DNA of 64,000 nucleotides, taken from positions 6,944,001 through 7,008,000 of the forward strand of contig NC_090404.1 in NCBI RefSeq assembly GCF_036365525.1. Direction: 5' to 3'. The DNA is from Heterodontus francisci. Lineage: Eukaryota. A model generated the notes under the pieces. That model saw only the letters and a program-made list of their open reading frames with translations, was not told where the DNA came from and did no database searches. Below are positions 25,386-37,790 of the stretch, in pieces (the stretch's first letter is position 1; each line of letters starts with the position of its first letter). The translations under genes were made by a program, and so were the position numbers.

Positions 25386-26709
25386 TTTTGCAGTCCCCGG
25401 GTTACACAGGGGCTGGATCTGACAGTTCATAGAAACCAATGTTTAAATCTTCTTTTTAGGGAATTTTATGTCTGAAAAAAGTCAAACTTCAAACCTCGCC
25501 AGAGGAACATTCAGAGTGTCACAAAGTTAAGTGAGCTGTTCGATTAATCCTATTTCCCATAACACGGCCAATTTGTCCACCTTCATGTATTGAGACAATT
25601 CCCTTTGAAAGTTACTGTTCAATCTGCTTCCAGCGGCCTTTCAGGCTGTGCATTCCAGATCACAACAAATCGCTGTATTAAAACAAAATTCTCCTCATCT
25701 CCCCCTCTGGTTGTGTTGCCAAATATCTCAAATATTTGTGTCCTCTGGTTACAACCCCTCCTGCTATTGGAAACAGTTTCTCCCTATCTACTCCATCAAA
25801 AATCCTTCCGGATTTTGCACACTTCTATCAAATCTTGTCTGCTCGAAGAGGACAACCCATGTTTCCCTTTATAAAATCTATCAAAAACCGCTCATTTTTG
25901 AACATATCGATTAAATAGGAAGACACACAGATGAAGAGGGAGACAAGCGAATGAGAGACAGAAAGACTCCAAGAAAATCTGAGAGACTTAAAAAAAGGCA
26001 GAAACACGAGGTGGTGAGAGATAAAAAGCTGAGTAATAGAGGGAACAAAGAACACACAGAGAGAATTATATAAAATGAAAGGGAGAAAACGACTAGCTCC
26101 CGGTTTCAGAGAGCAGAGAGAGCTCAGTGACTGATCCACAGATACTGCCAGTTATGTCCTGGAATGGAGAATCAAATCAGAAACAACAGGTTACTTTGTA
26201 AATGTCACCACAATGTGTTCTGTGTGACTTTGAACCGATTCTGTGGACAGATATAGGCCACCTTTGCAGATGTTTCCATCAGATTGTGGCCCCTGGATTT
26301 ATTTTCTGCTCAAAAGTGAGATGTGTGGTTTGGAACCGGCAGCAGTGAAACAGGAAGTTGTGTTGCTCGAGAATGAAACAGCAGCTGTCAGTTTCATGCT
26401 ATCACCATGAACAATTTTCCTGCCTGTGAGGGTGGATTCACTCTGATAGCACCAAGAACCAGCACAAAGATTTCTTCTGGACTCAGCATTGCATTCACCT
26501 CTATTCACATTTTAAAAAATAATCATATGAGTTCATTTGGGTTTTTATGAAGGGGGAGATGGAGTCAGGATGATCACTGGGAGAAATGAGGGGAGATTAA
26601 TAAAATGCATTTTCCCCAAAGAGAATTATTCGAAAATAGGAGATTTTAAGTGAGTCAACGTCTGTCTGTACAAGCGAGAGAGAGAGAGAGGAGACAGATC
26701 TAATGCGTG

Positions 26710-27320
26710 CAGTGCAGTCTGAGGGAGAGGAGAGAGGTTCACTGAGTACAGTCTGAGAGAGAGGAGAGAGATTCAGTGAGTTCAGTCTGAGAGAGAGGAG
26801 AGAGGATCAGTGATTTCAGTCTGAGAGAGAAGAGAGGTTCACCGAGTTCAGTCTGAGAGAGAGGGAATAGGTACAGTGAGTTCAGTCTGAGGGAGAGGAG
26901 AGAAATTCAGTGAGTTCAGTCGGAGAGAGGAGAGAGGTTCAGTGAGTTCAGTCTGAAAGAGAGGACAGAGGTTCAGTCTGAGAGAGAGGAGAGAGGTTCA
27001 GTGAGTTCAGACTGAGAGAGAGGAGAGAGGTGCATTGAGTTCAGTCTGAGAGAGAGGAAAGATGTTCACTGACTGAGTTCAGTCTGAGAGAGAGAGAGGT
27101 TCAGTGAGTTCAGTCTGAAAGAGAGGACAGAGGTTCAGTGAGTTCAGTCTGAGAGAGAGAAGAGAGGTTCAGTGAGTTCAGTCTGAGAGAGAGGAGAGAG
27201 GTTCAGTGAGTTCAATCTGTGAGAGTGGAGAGAGGTTCAGTGAGTTCAGTCTGAGAGAGAGAAGAGAGGTTCATTGAGTTCGGTGCAGCTTGAGAATAGG
27301 ACAGAGGTTCAGTGAGTTCG
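26710..27320 (+). repeat. 34-bp minisatellite (GTTCAGTGAGTTCAGTCTGAGAGAGAGGAGAGAG)
   Basis: Unit starts at 27133, 27167 and 27201 give a period of 34. Confidence 0.92.
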
Positions 27321-27564
27321 GTGACAGATGTTCTCGCCTGGGTAACGGAATGGTCTGTGTGAGATGTCTTTCTCACACAAGAGCACGCAACAGAATGGGT
27401 TGTGAAAAATTGTTCTTGTTATCAGATGATTGGCAATGTTATTGCATTTTGAATAAAGCGAAATTGAATAAAATACTGAAAGACACTCGGTTGACATAAT
27501 CACTTATGCCGGTGCAAATGCATTGGAAGAATTAAGAATTATGTGTTCGAGGCAAACTGACTAT

Positions 27565-27815
27565 ACAACACCAACACCAGCCCCCACACCCCCGTCAACA
27601 TCCACATATGCACACACCACACACACACATATACTCCACACACATTGCCACCCACACAGCACACACCCATACCCACACACAAACACACATCATTCTCCCC
27701 ACACACACAGTCACTCACAACTCCACCCCACACATACAGCCACTCACCACCCCACCCCCCCCCCCACACACAAACATATACCTCATCACACACACACGCA
27801 CAGACACACACACAT
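27565..27815 (+). repeat. Imperfect (CA)n/C-rich low-complexity tract
   Basis: Seen directly; source of the His/Thr/Pro-rich spurious ORFs. Confidence 0.9.
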
Positions 27816-28364
27816 AAAACATTTTGTGTGAGCTATTTTCAGTTGCAGCTCTGAACCAGATGAGAGAGTTAATCGTCTGGGCATTAGGACCCTACGGCAG
27901 CCCATCTGGTGGTGCTGTGAGGTCACGGTTCCAGACTCTGTCCAGTCGAAGCAGTGGGTCAGGGGAAGGTTATATCGAAAATCCTGCAGGAAAAAAAAAC
28001 TGGAACATTAAAAAACAGTCAGCAATGGTCACAGTACAACATAAGTATGAATTAGCAAACCTTAACACAACAGAGTTTGTCAGTAAGTAGTGTAAAGTTC
28101 AGTGCACTATTACTCAACTTCAGTCCTGTCCCTCAACCCCAGTTCATCTCTGGGAGATTGTTACAAGATTCAGCCCATCCTTTCAACACAAATATTACCC
28201 ATAAAATACCGGAGCAATTAGAAATTGCACACAACTGTCTTCCAACCAAAAATGATTAAATCATCATACACAAATGTATGTCTTTATTTAATATTAATAT
28301 ATATGATTCTCACTGTCTACCTACCTATCTATCTAGCTATTTATCTAGCTGCCTATCTATCTAT

Positions 28365-31300
28365 AAGAACATAAGAAATAGGAGCAGGAGTAGGCCATTC
28401 GGCCCCACGAACCTGCTCCACTATTCAATAAGATCAGGGCTGATGTGATCATGGCCTTAACTCCACTTTTCTGCCTGCCCCCTTAACCATTGACTTTCTT
28501 ATAGCTAAAAATGTGTCTCAATCACCTTTGAGTGTATACAATTTTTTTTTTTTTTTTTTTAGAGATACAGCACTGAAACAGGCCCTTCGGCCCACCGAGT
28601 CTGTGCCGAACATCAACCACCCATTTATACTAATCCTACACTAATCCTATATTCCTACCAAACATCCCCACCTATCCCTATATTTCCCTACCACCTACCT
28701 ATACTAGTGACAATTTATATTGGCCAATTTACCTATCAACCTGCAAGTCTTTTGGCTTGTGGGAGGAAACCGGAGCACCCGGAGAAAACCCACGCAGACA
28801 CAGGGAGAACTTGCAAACTCCACACAGGCAGTACCCGGAATCGAACCCAGGTCCCTGGAGCTGTGAGGCTGCAGTGCTAACCACTGCGCCACTGTGCCGC
28901 CCACAATGATCCAGTCTCCACTGCTTTCTGAGGAAGAGACATCAAACACTAACAACCCTCTGAGAGAAGAAATTCCACTTCACTCCGTCTTAAATGGAAG
29001 ACCCCTTATTTTGAAACTGTGCCCCCTAGATCCAGATTTCTCCATGAAGGGAAACGTTCTCTCTGCATCTACCCTTTCAAACCCCCTCAGAATCTTATAT
29101 GCTTCAACAAGATCATCTCTTATACTTCTAAACTCCAATGAGTAAAGGCCCAACCTTCTCAACCTTTCCTCATAAGCCAACCCTTTCATCCCAGGAATCA
29201 GCCGCATGAAACCACGCTGAACTACTTCCAATGCAAGTACATCCCTCCTTAAGCAAGGAGACTAAAACTGTATGCAGTACTCTAGGTGCAGTCTCTCCAT
29301 ACCCTGTAAAGTTGCAGCAATACTTCCCTACTTTCATATGCCATCCTCCTTGCAATACGCACCAACATTCTATTTACCTTCCTTATTTCTTGCATGCTAA
29401 CTTTTTGTGATTCATGTACGAAGATACTCAGATCTCTCTGTACCACAGCATTCTGCAGCCTCTCTCCATGTAAACAATATTCTGCTTTTCTATTCTTCCT
29501 GCCAACGTGGACAACCACACATTTTTCCACATTATTCTCCATCTGCCAAATTTTTGTCCACTCTTTTAACCGACCTATATCTCTTTGCAGATAGATTGTG
29601 TCCTCCTTCCAACTTGCTTTTCTATGCATTTTCATATTGCCCACAAATTTAGCTACGATATACCCGGCCCCTTCATCCAAGTCATTGATATAGATTGTAA
29701 ATAGTTGAGGCCCCAGCACTAATCCCTGTGACACTCCGGTTTGCCAACCTGAGAATACTCCATTTATCCCGACTCTCTGTTTCCTGTTAGTTAGCCAATC
29801 CTCTATGCATCGAAACAGAGAAAATAGGAGTAGGGGAAGGCAATTCGGCCCTTCGTGCCTGCGCCACCATTCATTATGATCATGGCTGATCATCCAACTC
29901 AGTAACCTGTTCCTACCTTCGCCCCATATCCTTTGATCCTTTTAAACCGAAGAGCTATATCTTCTTGAAAACATCCAATGTTTTGGCCTCAACTGCTTTC
30001 TATGGTAGCGAATTCCACAGGTTCACCACTCTCTGGGTGAAGAAATTTCTCCTCATCTCAGTCCTGAATGGTTTACCCCATATCCTTAGACTATGACTCC
30101 TGGTTCTGGACTCCCACACCATCGGGAACATCCTGCCTGCAACTACTCTCTCGAGTCCTGTTAGAATTTTATAGGTTTCTATGAGATCCCCCTCACTCTT
30201 CTGAACTCCAGGGGATAAAATCATAACTGACTCAATCTCTCCTCATACGTCAGTCCCGCCATCCCAGGAATCAGTCTGGTAAACCTTCGCTGCACTCGCT
30301 CTATAGCAAGAACATCCTTCCTCAGATAAGGAGACCAAAGATGCACACAATATTCCAGGTGTGGCCTCACCAAGGCCCGGTATAATTGCAGCAAGACATC
30401 CCTACTCCAGTTCTCGAATCCTCTCGCTGTGAAGGCGAAAGTGGGAACAGTTTACTGAGTTGGATGATCAGTCATGATAATAATTAATGGTGGAGCAGCC
30501 GCGAAGGGCCGAATGGCCTTCTCCTGCTCCGATTTTCTCTGTTTCTCTTTGCCTTTTTTACCGCCTGTTGGACCTCCATGCTTACATTCAGCGACTGGTG
30601 TACGAGAATACCCAGGTCTCGTTGTGTATTCCCCTCTCTCAGTTTATCGCCATTCAGATAATATATTACCCCCAACACCAAGAGCTCTTATCTTGTCTAA
30701 AAAATTTTATGTGGCACCTCATCGAACGCCTTTTGGAAATCCAATGCGTGGTCTCTACTAGTTTCCTTTTATCCACCCTGCTTGTTACATCCTCAAAGAA
30801 CTGTAAAACATTTGTCAAACACAATTTCCCTTTCATAAACCATGTTGACTCTGCCTGATTGAATTACAGAGTCACAGATTCATAACGGCGAAGAAGGAAG
30901 CCAATCAACCCACCGAATCCGTTCTGGCTCTATTTAGAGCAATGCAATCAGTCCTGTCCATCAGCTCTATCCCTGTCGCCCTGAAAATTTACTTCCCTCA
31001 AGTGCCCATCCAATTTATCATTGAAATCATTCATCATCTCTGCATCCAGCATTCTCTTAGGCAGTAACTTCCAGGGCATTACCGCGCAATGTGTAAAGCA
31101 GTTCTTCTTCACATCCCCCTGTATTTCTTGCTCAAAACCTGAAATCTGTGCCCACTAGTCCTTGTACCATCATGTAATGGGAACAGCTTTTCTTGTCTAC
31201 TCCATTCATACCTGTCACACACTTCCACACTTCTGTCAAAATTACCCTCAATCTTTTTTGCTCCAATGAGAACAACCTCAGCTTCTCCAACCTAAACTTG

Positions 31301-31860
31301 GCGCTGAAATCCCTCATCTCTGGAATCATTCTCATAAATCTCCTCTGCATCCTTTCAAGGACCGTCACACCCTTCCTAAAATGTGGTGACCAGAACTGGA
31401 AGCAATACTTTAGTTGTAGCCTAACCAGAGCTTTATAGAGGATCAGCATAACTTCCCTGCTTTTGCACTCAATACTTCTATTTTGAAGCCCAAGATCCCA
31501 AGTGCTTTGTTAACTGCTCTTTCAATATACTGCCACGTTTAAAGCTCTATGCACACGATCCTCCAAGTCCCTCTGCCCGTGTGCACTTTTTAGAACTGTA
31601 CCAATTTAGTCTATATTGCCTCTCCTTACCCTTTTTGCCAAAAAGCATCACCTCACATTTCTCTGTACGAACTTCCATCAGCCACTTGTCTGCCCATTCT
31701 GCTAGCCTATCTATGTCCTGTTGCAATTAATTGGCAACAACCTCACTATCTGCCAACTGATTTTCTAAATTTCCTGCTACTACTTCTTTCAGAATGGATT
31801 CCAGCATTTTCCCATTGACAAATGACAAGCTAACTGGCCTATAGTTTCCTACTTTCCGTC
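28365..31860 (-). mobile_element. Stack of nested CR1-type LINE fragments
   Basis: WLTNRKQRVGING, LGPQLFTIYINDLD, QFWSPHF motifs and several 3' ends; bounded by (TATC)n tracts. Confidence 0.88.
28543..28902 (-). mobile_element. V-SINE (HE1-like) nested in CR1, with poly-A tail and ACAAT TSD
   Basis: tRNA-like head; T-run at 28542-28560; ACAAT at 28538-28542 and 28903-28907. Confidence 0.88.
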
Positions 31861-31919
31861 AGTCTGTCTGTCTATCTATCTAGCTGGCTGTCTATCTATC
31901 TAAGAGATGTTTTACAGTG

Positions 31920-33180
31920 CAGCCATGAATATGTAGCACCTAGTGTAATATAAGAAGAGATGGGATGGAGTCCACTCTTGACTGAGACAGGGATGTATGT
32001 AATATTACATGAGACTAGGCCTTGTGCAGTAATGACGTAGACAATGCCGAGTGTAAAATAAACAGAGATGTGGTCGAGTGCAGGAATAATCTAAACATGT
32101 TCTCATGTGATATAAACTAGGACTGGGGATGGCCTCGTGGAATATGAAAAGAAGCATGGCCATGTCAATCAGAAGTGAGCGAGGGCTGAATGTAATATAA
32201 GCAGAGACATGGTCTGGAGCAATATGAGCAGTAATGGTCGGTTTTATGGTAAACAGAAACACTGGCTACTGCAGCAATAACTGAGACAGGGCCAAGTGAA
32301 GCTAATAGAGCTACAGGACCTGGAATACGATAAACTAAGACAGGGTCTAGTGAAGCTAATAGAGCTACAGGACCTGGAAAACAATAAACTGAGAAAGGGT
32401 CTAGTGTACTCACTAATGATACTGGGTCCAGATTCATATAAACTGAGACAGGGCCTAGGATACAGGGCCTTGATTAATATAAACTGAGACAGGATCCAGC
32501 GCAGAAATTACTGATTCAGTCATTATATTAGTATGAAGTTTGACAGAGCCTAGTGCATTGATTACAGATACAGGGTCTAGATTAAAAGAAACTGATTCAG
32601 GTTCCATTGGGACATAAATAGAGATAGAGTACAGTACAATATAAACAGAAACGGGGTCCAGTTAAATATAAATAGAGACGGGATCCAGTGTAATATCAAC
32701 AGAAGACAGGCTCTAGTAAAATATATTAACAGAGATGGAATCTATTTATATATATATATATCAACAGAGACAGGGTCAAGTTTGATAAAAACAGAGACGA
32801 GGCCAGTATAATATAAACAGAGACGGGGTCTATTGTAGTATAAAGAGAGACAGGGTCTAGTTTAATAAAACAGAGATGGGTTCTATTTTAATATAAACAG
32901 AGACGGGGTCTAGTTCAATGTAAACAGAGACAGGGTCTAGTATAATATAAACAGAGATGGGTTCTATTTTAATCTAAACAGAGACAGGGTCTATTGAAAT
33001 ATAAAGGGAGACAGGGTCTAGTTTAATTAAAAACAGAGACGGGGCCAGTGTGATATAAATGGAGACAGGGTCTACAGACATATAAACAGAGACAGGGTCT
33101 ATTGTAATATAAAGAGAGACAGGGTCCAGTTTAATAAAACAGAGACGGGGCCAGTGTAATTTAAACAGAGACAGGGTCCA
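31920..33180 (-). repeat. 27-bp satellite array, reverse orientation
   Basis: GTAATATAAACAGAGACAGGGTCTAGT units. Confidence 0.88.
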
Positions 33181-33739
33181 CGTGCAGCATATGCGGAGAA
33201 GCTCCAGTGCGGTGAAGCAGCGCCCGTTTCATGTCAAGAATTAGGCTTTCACTGCCATCCACTGGCCAGAGATTGACATTGCTCCCATTGGGAAAATGTC
33301 GATGTCAGTCACTGTTTCATGCAGCAATGTATCAAGAAACAACTTGCAATGATGTACCAGCTCATCACCTTCTGTGGAAGGTACCAAAGGGTTTAAGGTG
33401 TAACTAATTCAAGATGAATGTGTCCGACTTGTGCATAGATTCTTCAGGAACAGAGTATAGTGGTTCAAATCCTGTTAATGTCTTTTTGGTGCTCTTGGTT
33501 CAAGTTGACCAGGACACAGTGTGGAATCATGGGAGCTTTAAAACCCACCTCAACAGAAAAGGGGTGGAGGAGAGATAATTGTTTCAGTTTGTCCCTGGGA
33601 AGATAGTGCCCTTTCAGCACTGCACCCATCGGAAGCCTGGTTAATACACTCAGTTTCTGAAGCTGACGTGGAATCCATAATTTACTGATTCAGAATCAGA
33701 GTCAAGCCACTTTCGCCAAGCTGCTACTTAAATGTTTAA

Positions 33740-36150
33740 TAAAAGCAAAATAATGCGGATGCTTGAAATCGGAAATAAAAACATGAAATGCTGGAACAAC
33801 TCAGCAGGTCTGGCAGCATCTGTGAAAAGAGAAGCAGAGTTAACGTTTCGGGTCAGTGACCCTTCTTCGGAACTGATATATAGAATATTAGAAAAGTCAC
33901 AGGTGATAAGCAAGTGAGGTGGGGGTGGGGCAAGAGATAACAAAGGAGAAGGTGTAGATTGGACCAGGACACATAGCTGACCAAAAGGTCATGGAGCAAA
34001 GGGAAACAATGCAAATGGTGTGTTGAAAGACAAAGCATTAGTACAGATTAGGTGTTAATGCACTGAATATTGAACAGCAGCAAGTGCAAACCTGAAAATA
34101 AAACAGTGGGTAAGTAAAATGAACAAACTAAGATGAAATTAAATAAATGCAAAAAAAAGAATGTAAAAAATGTAAAAAAGAATGTTAAAAAAAAGAGAAG
34201 AAAATATAACTAAAAAAGAAAGTAAAATGGGAGGCTGTCATGGTCTGAAATTATTGAAGTCAATGTTCAGTCCGGCAGGCTGTAGTGTGCCTAATCGGTA
34301 GATGAGATGCTGTTCCACGAGCTTGTGTTGATGCTCACTGGAACACTGCAGCAATCCCAGGACAGAGATGTGAGCATGAGAGCAGGGGGGAGTGTTGAAA
34401 TGGCAAACAACCGGAAGCTCAGGGTCCTGCTTGCGGACTGAGTGGAGATATTCCGCAAAGCGGTCACCCAGTCTGCGCTTAGTCCCCCCAATGTAAAGGA
34501 GAGCATACTGTGAGCAGCGAATACAGTATACTACATTGAAAGAAGTACAAGTAAATCGTTTCTTCACCTGGAAGGAGTGTTTGGAGCCTGGGATAGTGAG
34601 CAGAGAGGAGGTAAATGGGCAGGTATTTACCTCCTGTGATTGCAGGGGAAGGTGCCATGGGACGGGGACGAGGTGCTGGGGGTAATGGAGGAGTGGACCA
34701 GGGTGTCGTGGAGGGAATGATCCCTTCGGAATGCTGACAGGGGAAGGGAGGGGAAGATGCGACAGATAGTGGCATCACGCTGGAGGTGGCAGAAATGGCG
34801 GAGGATGATCCTTTGGACATGGAGGCTGATGGGTGGAAAGTAAGGACAAGGGGAACCCTGTCACGGTTCTGGGAGGGAGGGGAAGGGGTGAGTGTAGAGG
34901 TGTGGGGAATGGGCCGAACACCGTTGAGGGCCTTGTCAACCTTAGTGGGGGGAAATCCTCGGTTGAAAGAAAAGGAGGTCATATCAGAAGCACCGTCATA
35001 GAAGAGCAGATGCGTCGGAGACGGAGAAACTGGGAGAATGGAATGGAGCCCTTCCAGGAGGTAGGGTGTGAAGAAGTGTCGTCGAGGTAGCTGTGGGAGT
35101 CGGTGAGCTTATAACGGATATTAGTAGGCAACCTATCCCCAGAGATGGAGACAGAGAAGTCGAGGAAGGGAAGGGAAGTGTCAGAGATGGACCATGTAAA
35201 GGTGAGAGAAGGGTGGAAATTGGAAGCAAAGTTGATACAGTTTCCCAGTTCGGGGCGGGAGCAGGAAACGGCACCGATAGTCATCAATGTACCGGAAAAA
35301 GAGTTGGGGGAGGGGGCCTGAGTAGGACTGGAACAAAGAATGCTCGACATATCCCACAAAAAGACAGGCATAACTAGGACCCGTGCGGGTACCCATAGCG
35401 ACGCCTTTTACTTGAAGGAAGTGCGTGGAGTTGAAGGAGAAGTTGTTCAATGTGAGAACAAGTTCAGCCAGGTGGAGGAGGGTGGTGGTGGATGGGGACT
35501 GGTTGGGCCTCTGTTCCAGGAAGAAGCGGAGAGCCCTCAAACCATCCTGGTGGGGGATAGAGGTGTAGAGCGATTGGACGTCCATAGTGAAGAGGAGGCG
35601 GTTGGGACCAGGAAACTGGGAATTGTCAAAATGACATAGGACGTCAGAAGAGTCACGGATTTAGGTGGGAAGAGACTGGACCAGCGGAGAAAAGATAGAG
35701 TCTAGATAGGAAGAAATAAGTTCAGTGGGGCAGGAGCAGGCTGACACATTGGGTCTGCCGGGACAGTCCCGTTTGTGGATTTTGGGAAGGAGGTAGAAGC
35801 GGGCTGTCCAGGTTTGCGGGACTATGTGGTTGGAAGCTGTAGAGGGAAGATCTCCAGAGGAGATGAGGTCAGTGACAGTCCATTGGACGTTGGCCTGATG
35901 TTCGGTGGTGGGGTGATGGTCCAGAGGGAGGTAGGAAGAAGTGTCCATGAATTGGCGTTGAGCTTCTGCAAGGTAGAGGTCGGTACGCCATGCAACAAAA
36001 GCATCACCCTTGTCTGCAGGTTTGATGACCATGTCGGGGTTAGACCTGAGAGACCGGAGTGCCTCAAGTTCAGATGGGGACAGGGTAGAGTGAGTGAGGG
36101 GGGGGGCAGAGAAATTGAGATGACCAATGTCTCGCCGACAGTTTTCAATG
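33740..36150 (-). mobile_element. Penelope-like retroelement (RT + GIY-YIG), 5'-truncated and frameshifted
   Basis: VIKPADKG, MDVQSLYTSIPH, GVAMGT, RYIDD; FTCTSFNVVYCIRC...YIG.TKRRLGDRF (GIY-YIG); hammerhead-like motif near the 3' end. Confidence 0.92.
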
Positions 36151-36289
36151 AATGTTTAATGTGTTCAAGCGACATTTTATATCTGCATTGGTTAATACAG
36201 TTGCTGTTAAACTTCCGTATACTAATATCACAAATAGCAACTTCAGGATTACAATTACAAAACTGTTGATTAATGCAACTGAAATTCGT

Positions 36290-36800
36290 TGAATCATTGA
36301 ATCTGACTGGATAGAAGGAGGCCATTCAGCCCATCGTGGCAGCTGTTTGAAAGAGATATCCAATCAGTTCCACTCTCCTGGTCTTTCTCCAAAGTCCTGA
36401 CAATCTTTCCTTTTCCAGTAATTATTCAATTCCCTTTTGAAAATTCCTAATTGAATGTGTTTGCACCAACCTTTCAGATAATTCATTCCAGCTCAAAACA
36501 ACTCGCAGTATTAAAAAAAATCTCCTCTTCTTGCCCCTTATTCCTTTACCAATTGTTTTAAATCTGTGTCCTCCGGTTGCTGACATTCCTGCCAGTGGAA
36601 ACAGTATCTCACTAACAACACTATCAAAATCATTCATAATCCATGAGCTCAATTAATTCTCCCTTTAGGCCACTCTACTCTAAGGGAAACGATCCCAGCT
36701 GTTGTAACTTCTCTGCAGAACTGAAGTCCCTCATCCCTCTTCCAATTCTATCAAACCCCCTCTGCACCCTCTCCAGCGGCCTTAAAATCCTCTCTGAAAT
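36290..36800 (-). mobile_element. Degraded CR1-type 3' fragment
   Basis: TGGHRFK...RVV..WN.L motif. Confidence 0.7.
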
Positions 36801-37064
36801 GTGGATTGAAATAAATTCTGCCATTATTTCACATTCATCTTATTTCTAAAGATACATTGGCCCTTAACATTGAGGTGTGTGGTAATCTGAGTATTATTAA
36901 TATTGGTACCGATAATCTTACTTGCTTTGACACTGCAGACGGTGACTACATACTCAGCAACGTCAACCTCTGCACCGTTGATGTTTCAATAAGATCACTG
37001 TTGTGAGCTGCTGATTGGACATTTCATTGATTTAAAGACTCTTTTTAAATACAGTTGTTTATTT

Positions 37065-37790
37065 ATTCATTCATGGGATGTGGGTGTCGCTGGCTCGACC
37101 AGCATTTATTTCCCATCCCTAATTGTCTTTGAGAAGGTGATGGTGAGCTGCCTTCTTGAACAGCTGCAATCTTTGAGGTGTAGGTACACCCAGAGTGCTG
37201 TTAGGAAGGGAGTTTCAGGATTTTTACCCCGTGACAGTGATCGTGTTCCAAGTGAGGATGGTGTGTGAATTGGAGTGAACCTTGCGAGTGGTGGTGTTCC
37301 CATGCATCTGCTGCCCTTGCCCTTCTAAGTGATAGAGGTCGTGGGTTTGGAAGGTGCTGTCAAAGGAGCCTTGGTGAGTTGATGCATTGCATTTTGTACA
37401 CAGTATGCACTGCTGCCACTGTGCATCAGTGGTGAGTGAATGTTGAAGGAGGTGGTTGGGGTGCCAATCAAGCGGGTTGCTTTGTCCTGGATGGTGTCGA
37501 GCTTCTAGAGTGTTATTGGAGCTGTACCCATCCAGGCAAGTGGGGAGTCCATCACACTCCTGACTTGTCTCTTGTAGATGGTGGACAGGCATTGGGGAGA
37601 CAGGAGGTGAGTTAATTGCTGCAGATTTTCCAGCCTCTAACCTGCTCCTGTAGCCACAGCATTTATGTGGCTGGTTAGTTTCTGGTCAATGGTGACCCCC
37701 AAGATGTTGATAGCCGGGGATTCAGCGATGATAATGTCATTGAACTTCAAGGGTAGAAGGTTAGATACTCCCTTGTTTGATCTGGTCATT
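37065..37790 (-). mobile_element. Non-LTR LINE RT 3' fragment from a family distinct from the main CR1 copies
   Basis: Minus strand reads LSTIYKRQVRSVM..SPLAWMGTAPITL*KLDTIQDKATRLIG. Confidence 0.7.

Noticed and set aside
26443-26490. Leader-like peptide MLSPEEIFVLVLGAIR on the minus strand as an orphan Ig leader
   Set aside because: Wrong splice phase, weak donor, and no V exon downstream.
26710-27320. Regular repeats (also the 27-bp arrays) as a CRISPR-like array
   Set aside because: Head-to-tail units with no unique spacers, in vertebrate DNA with no cas genes.
27523-27854. His/Thr/Pro- and Val/Cys-rich ORFs
   Set aside because: Translations of a CA-rich low-complexity tract.
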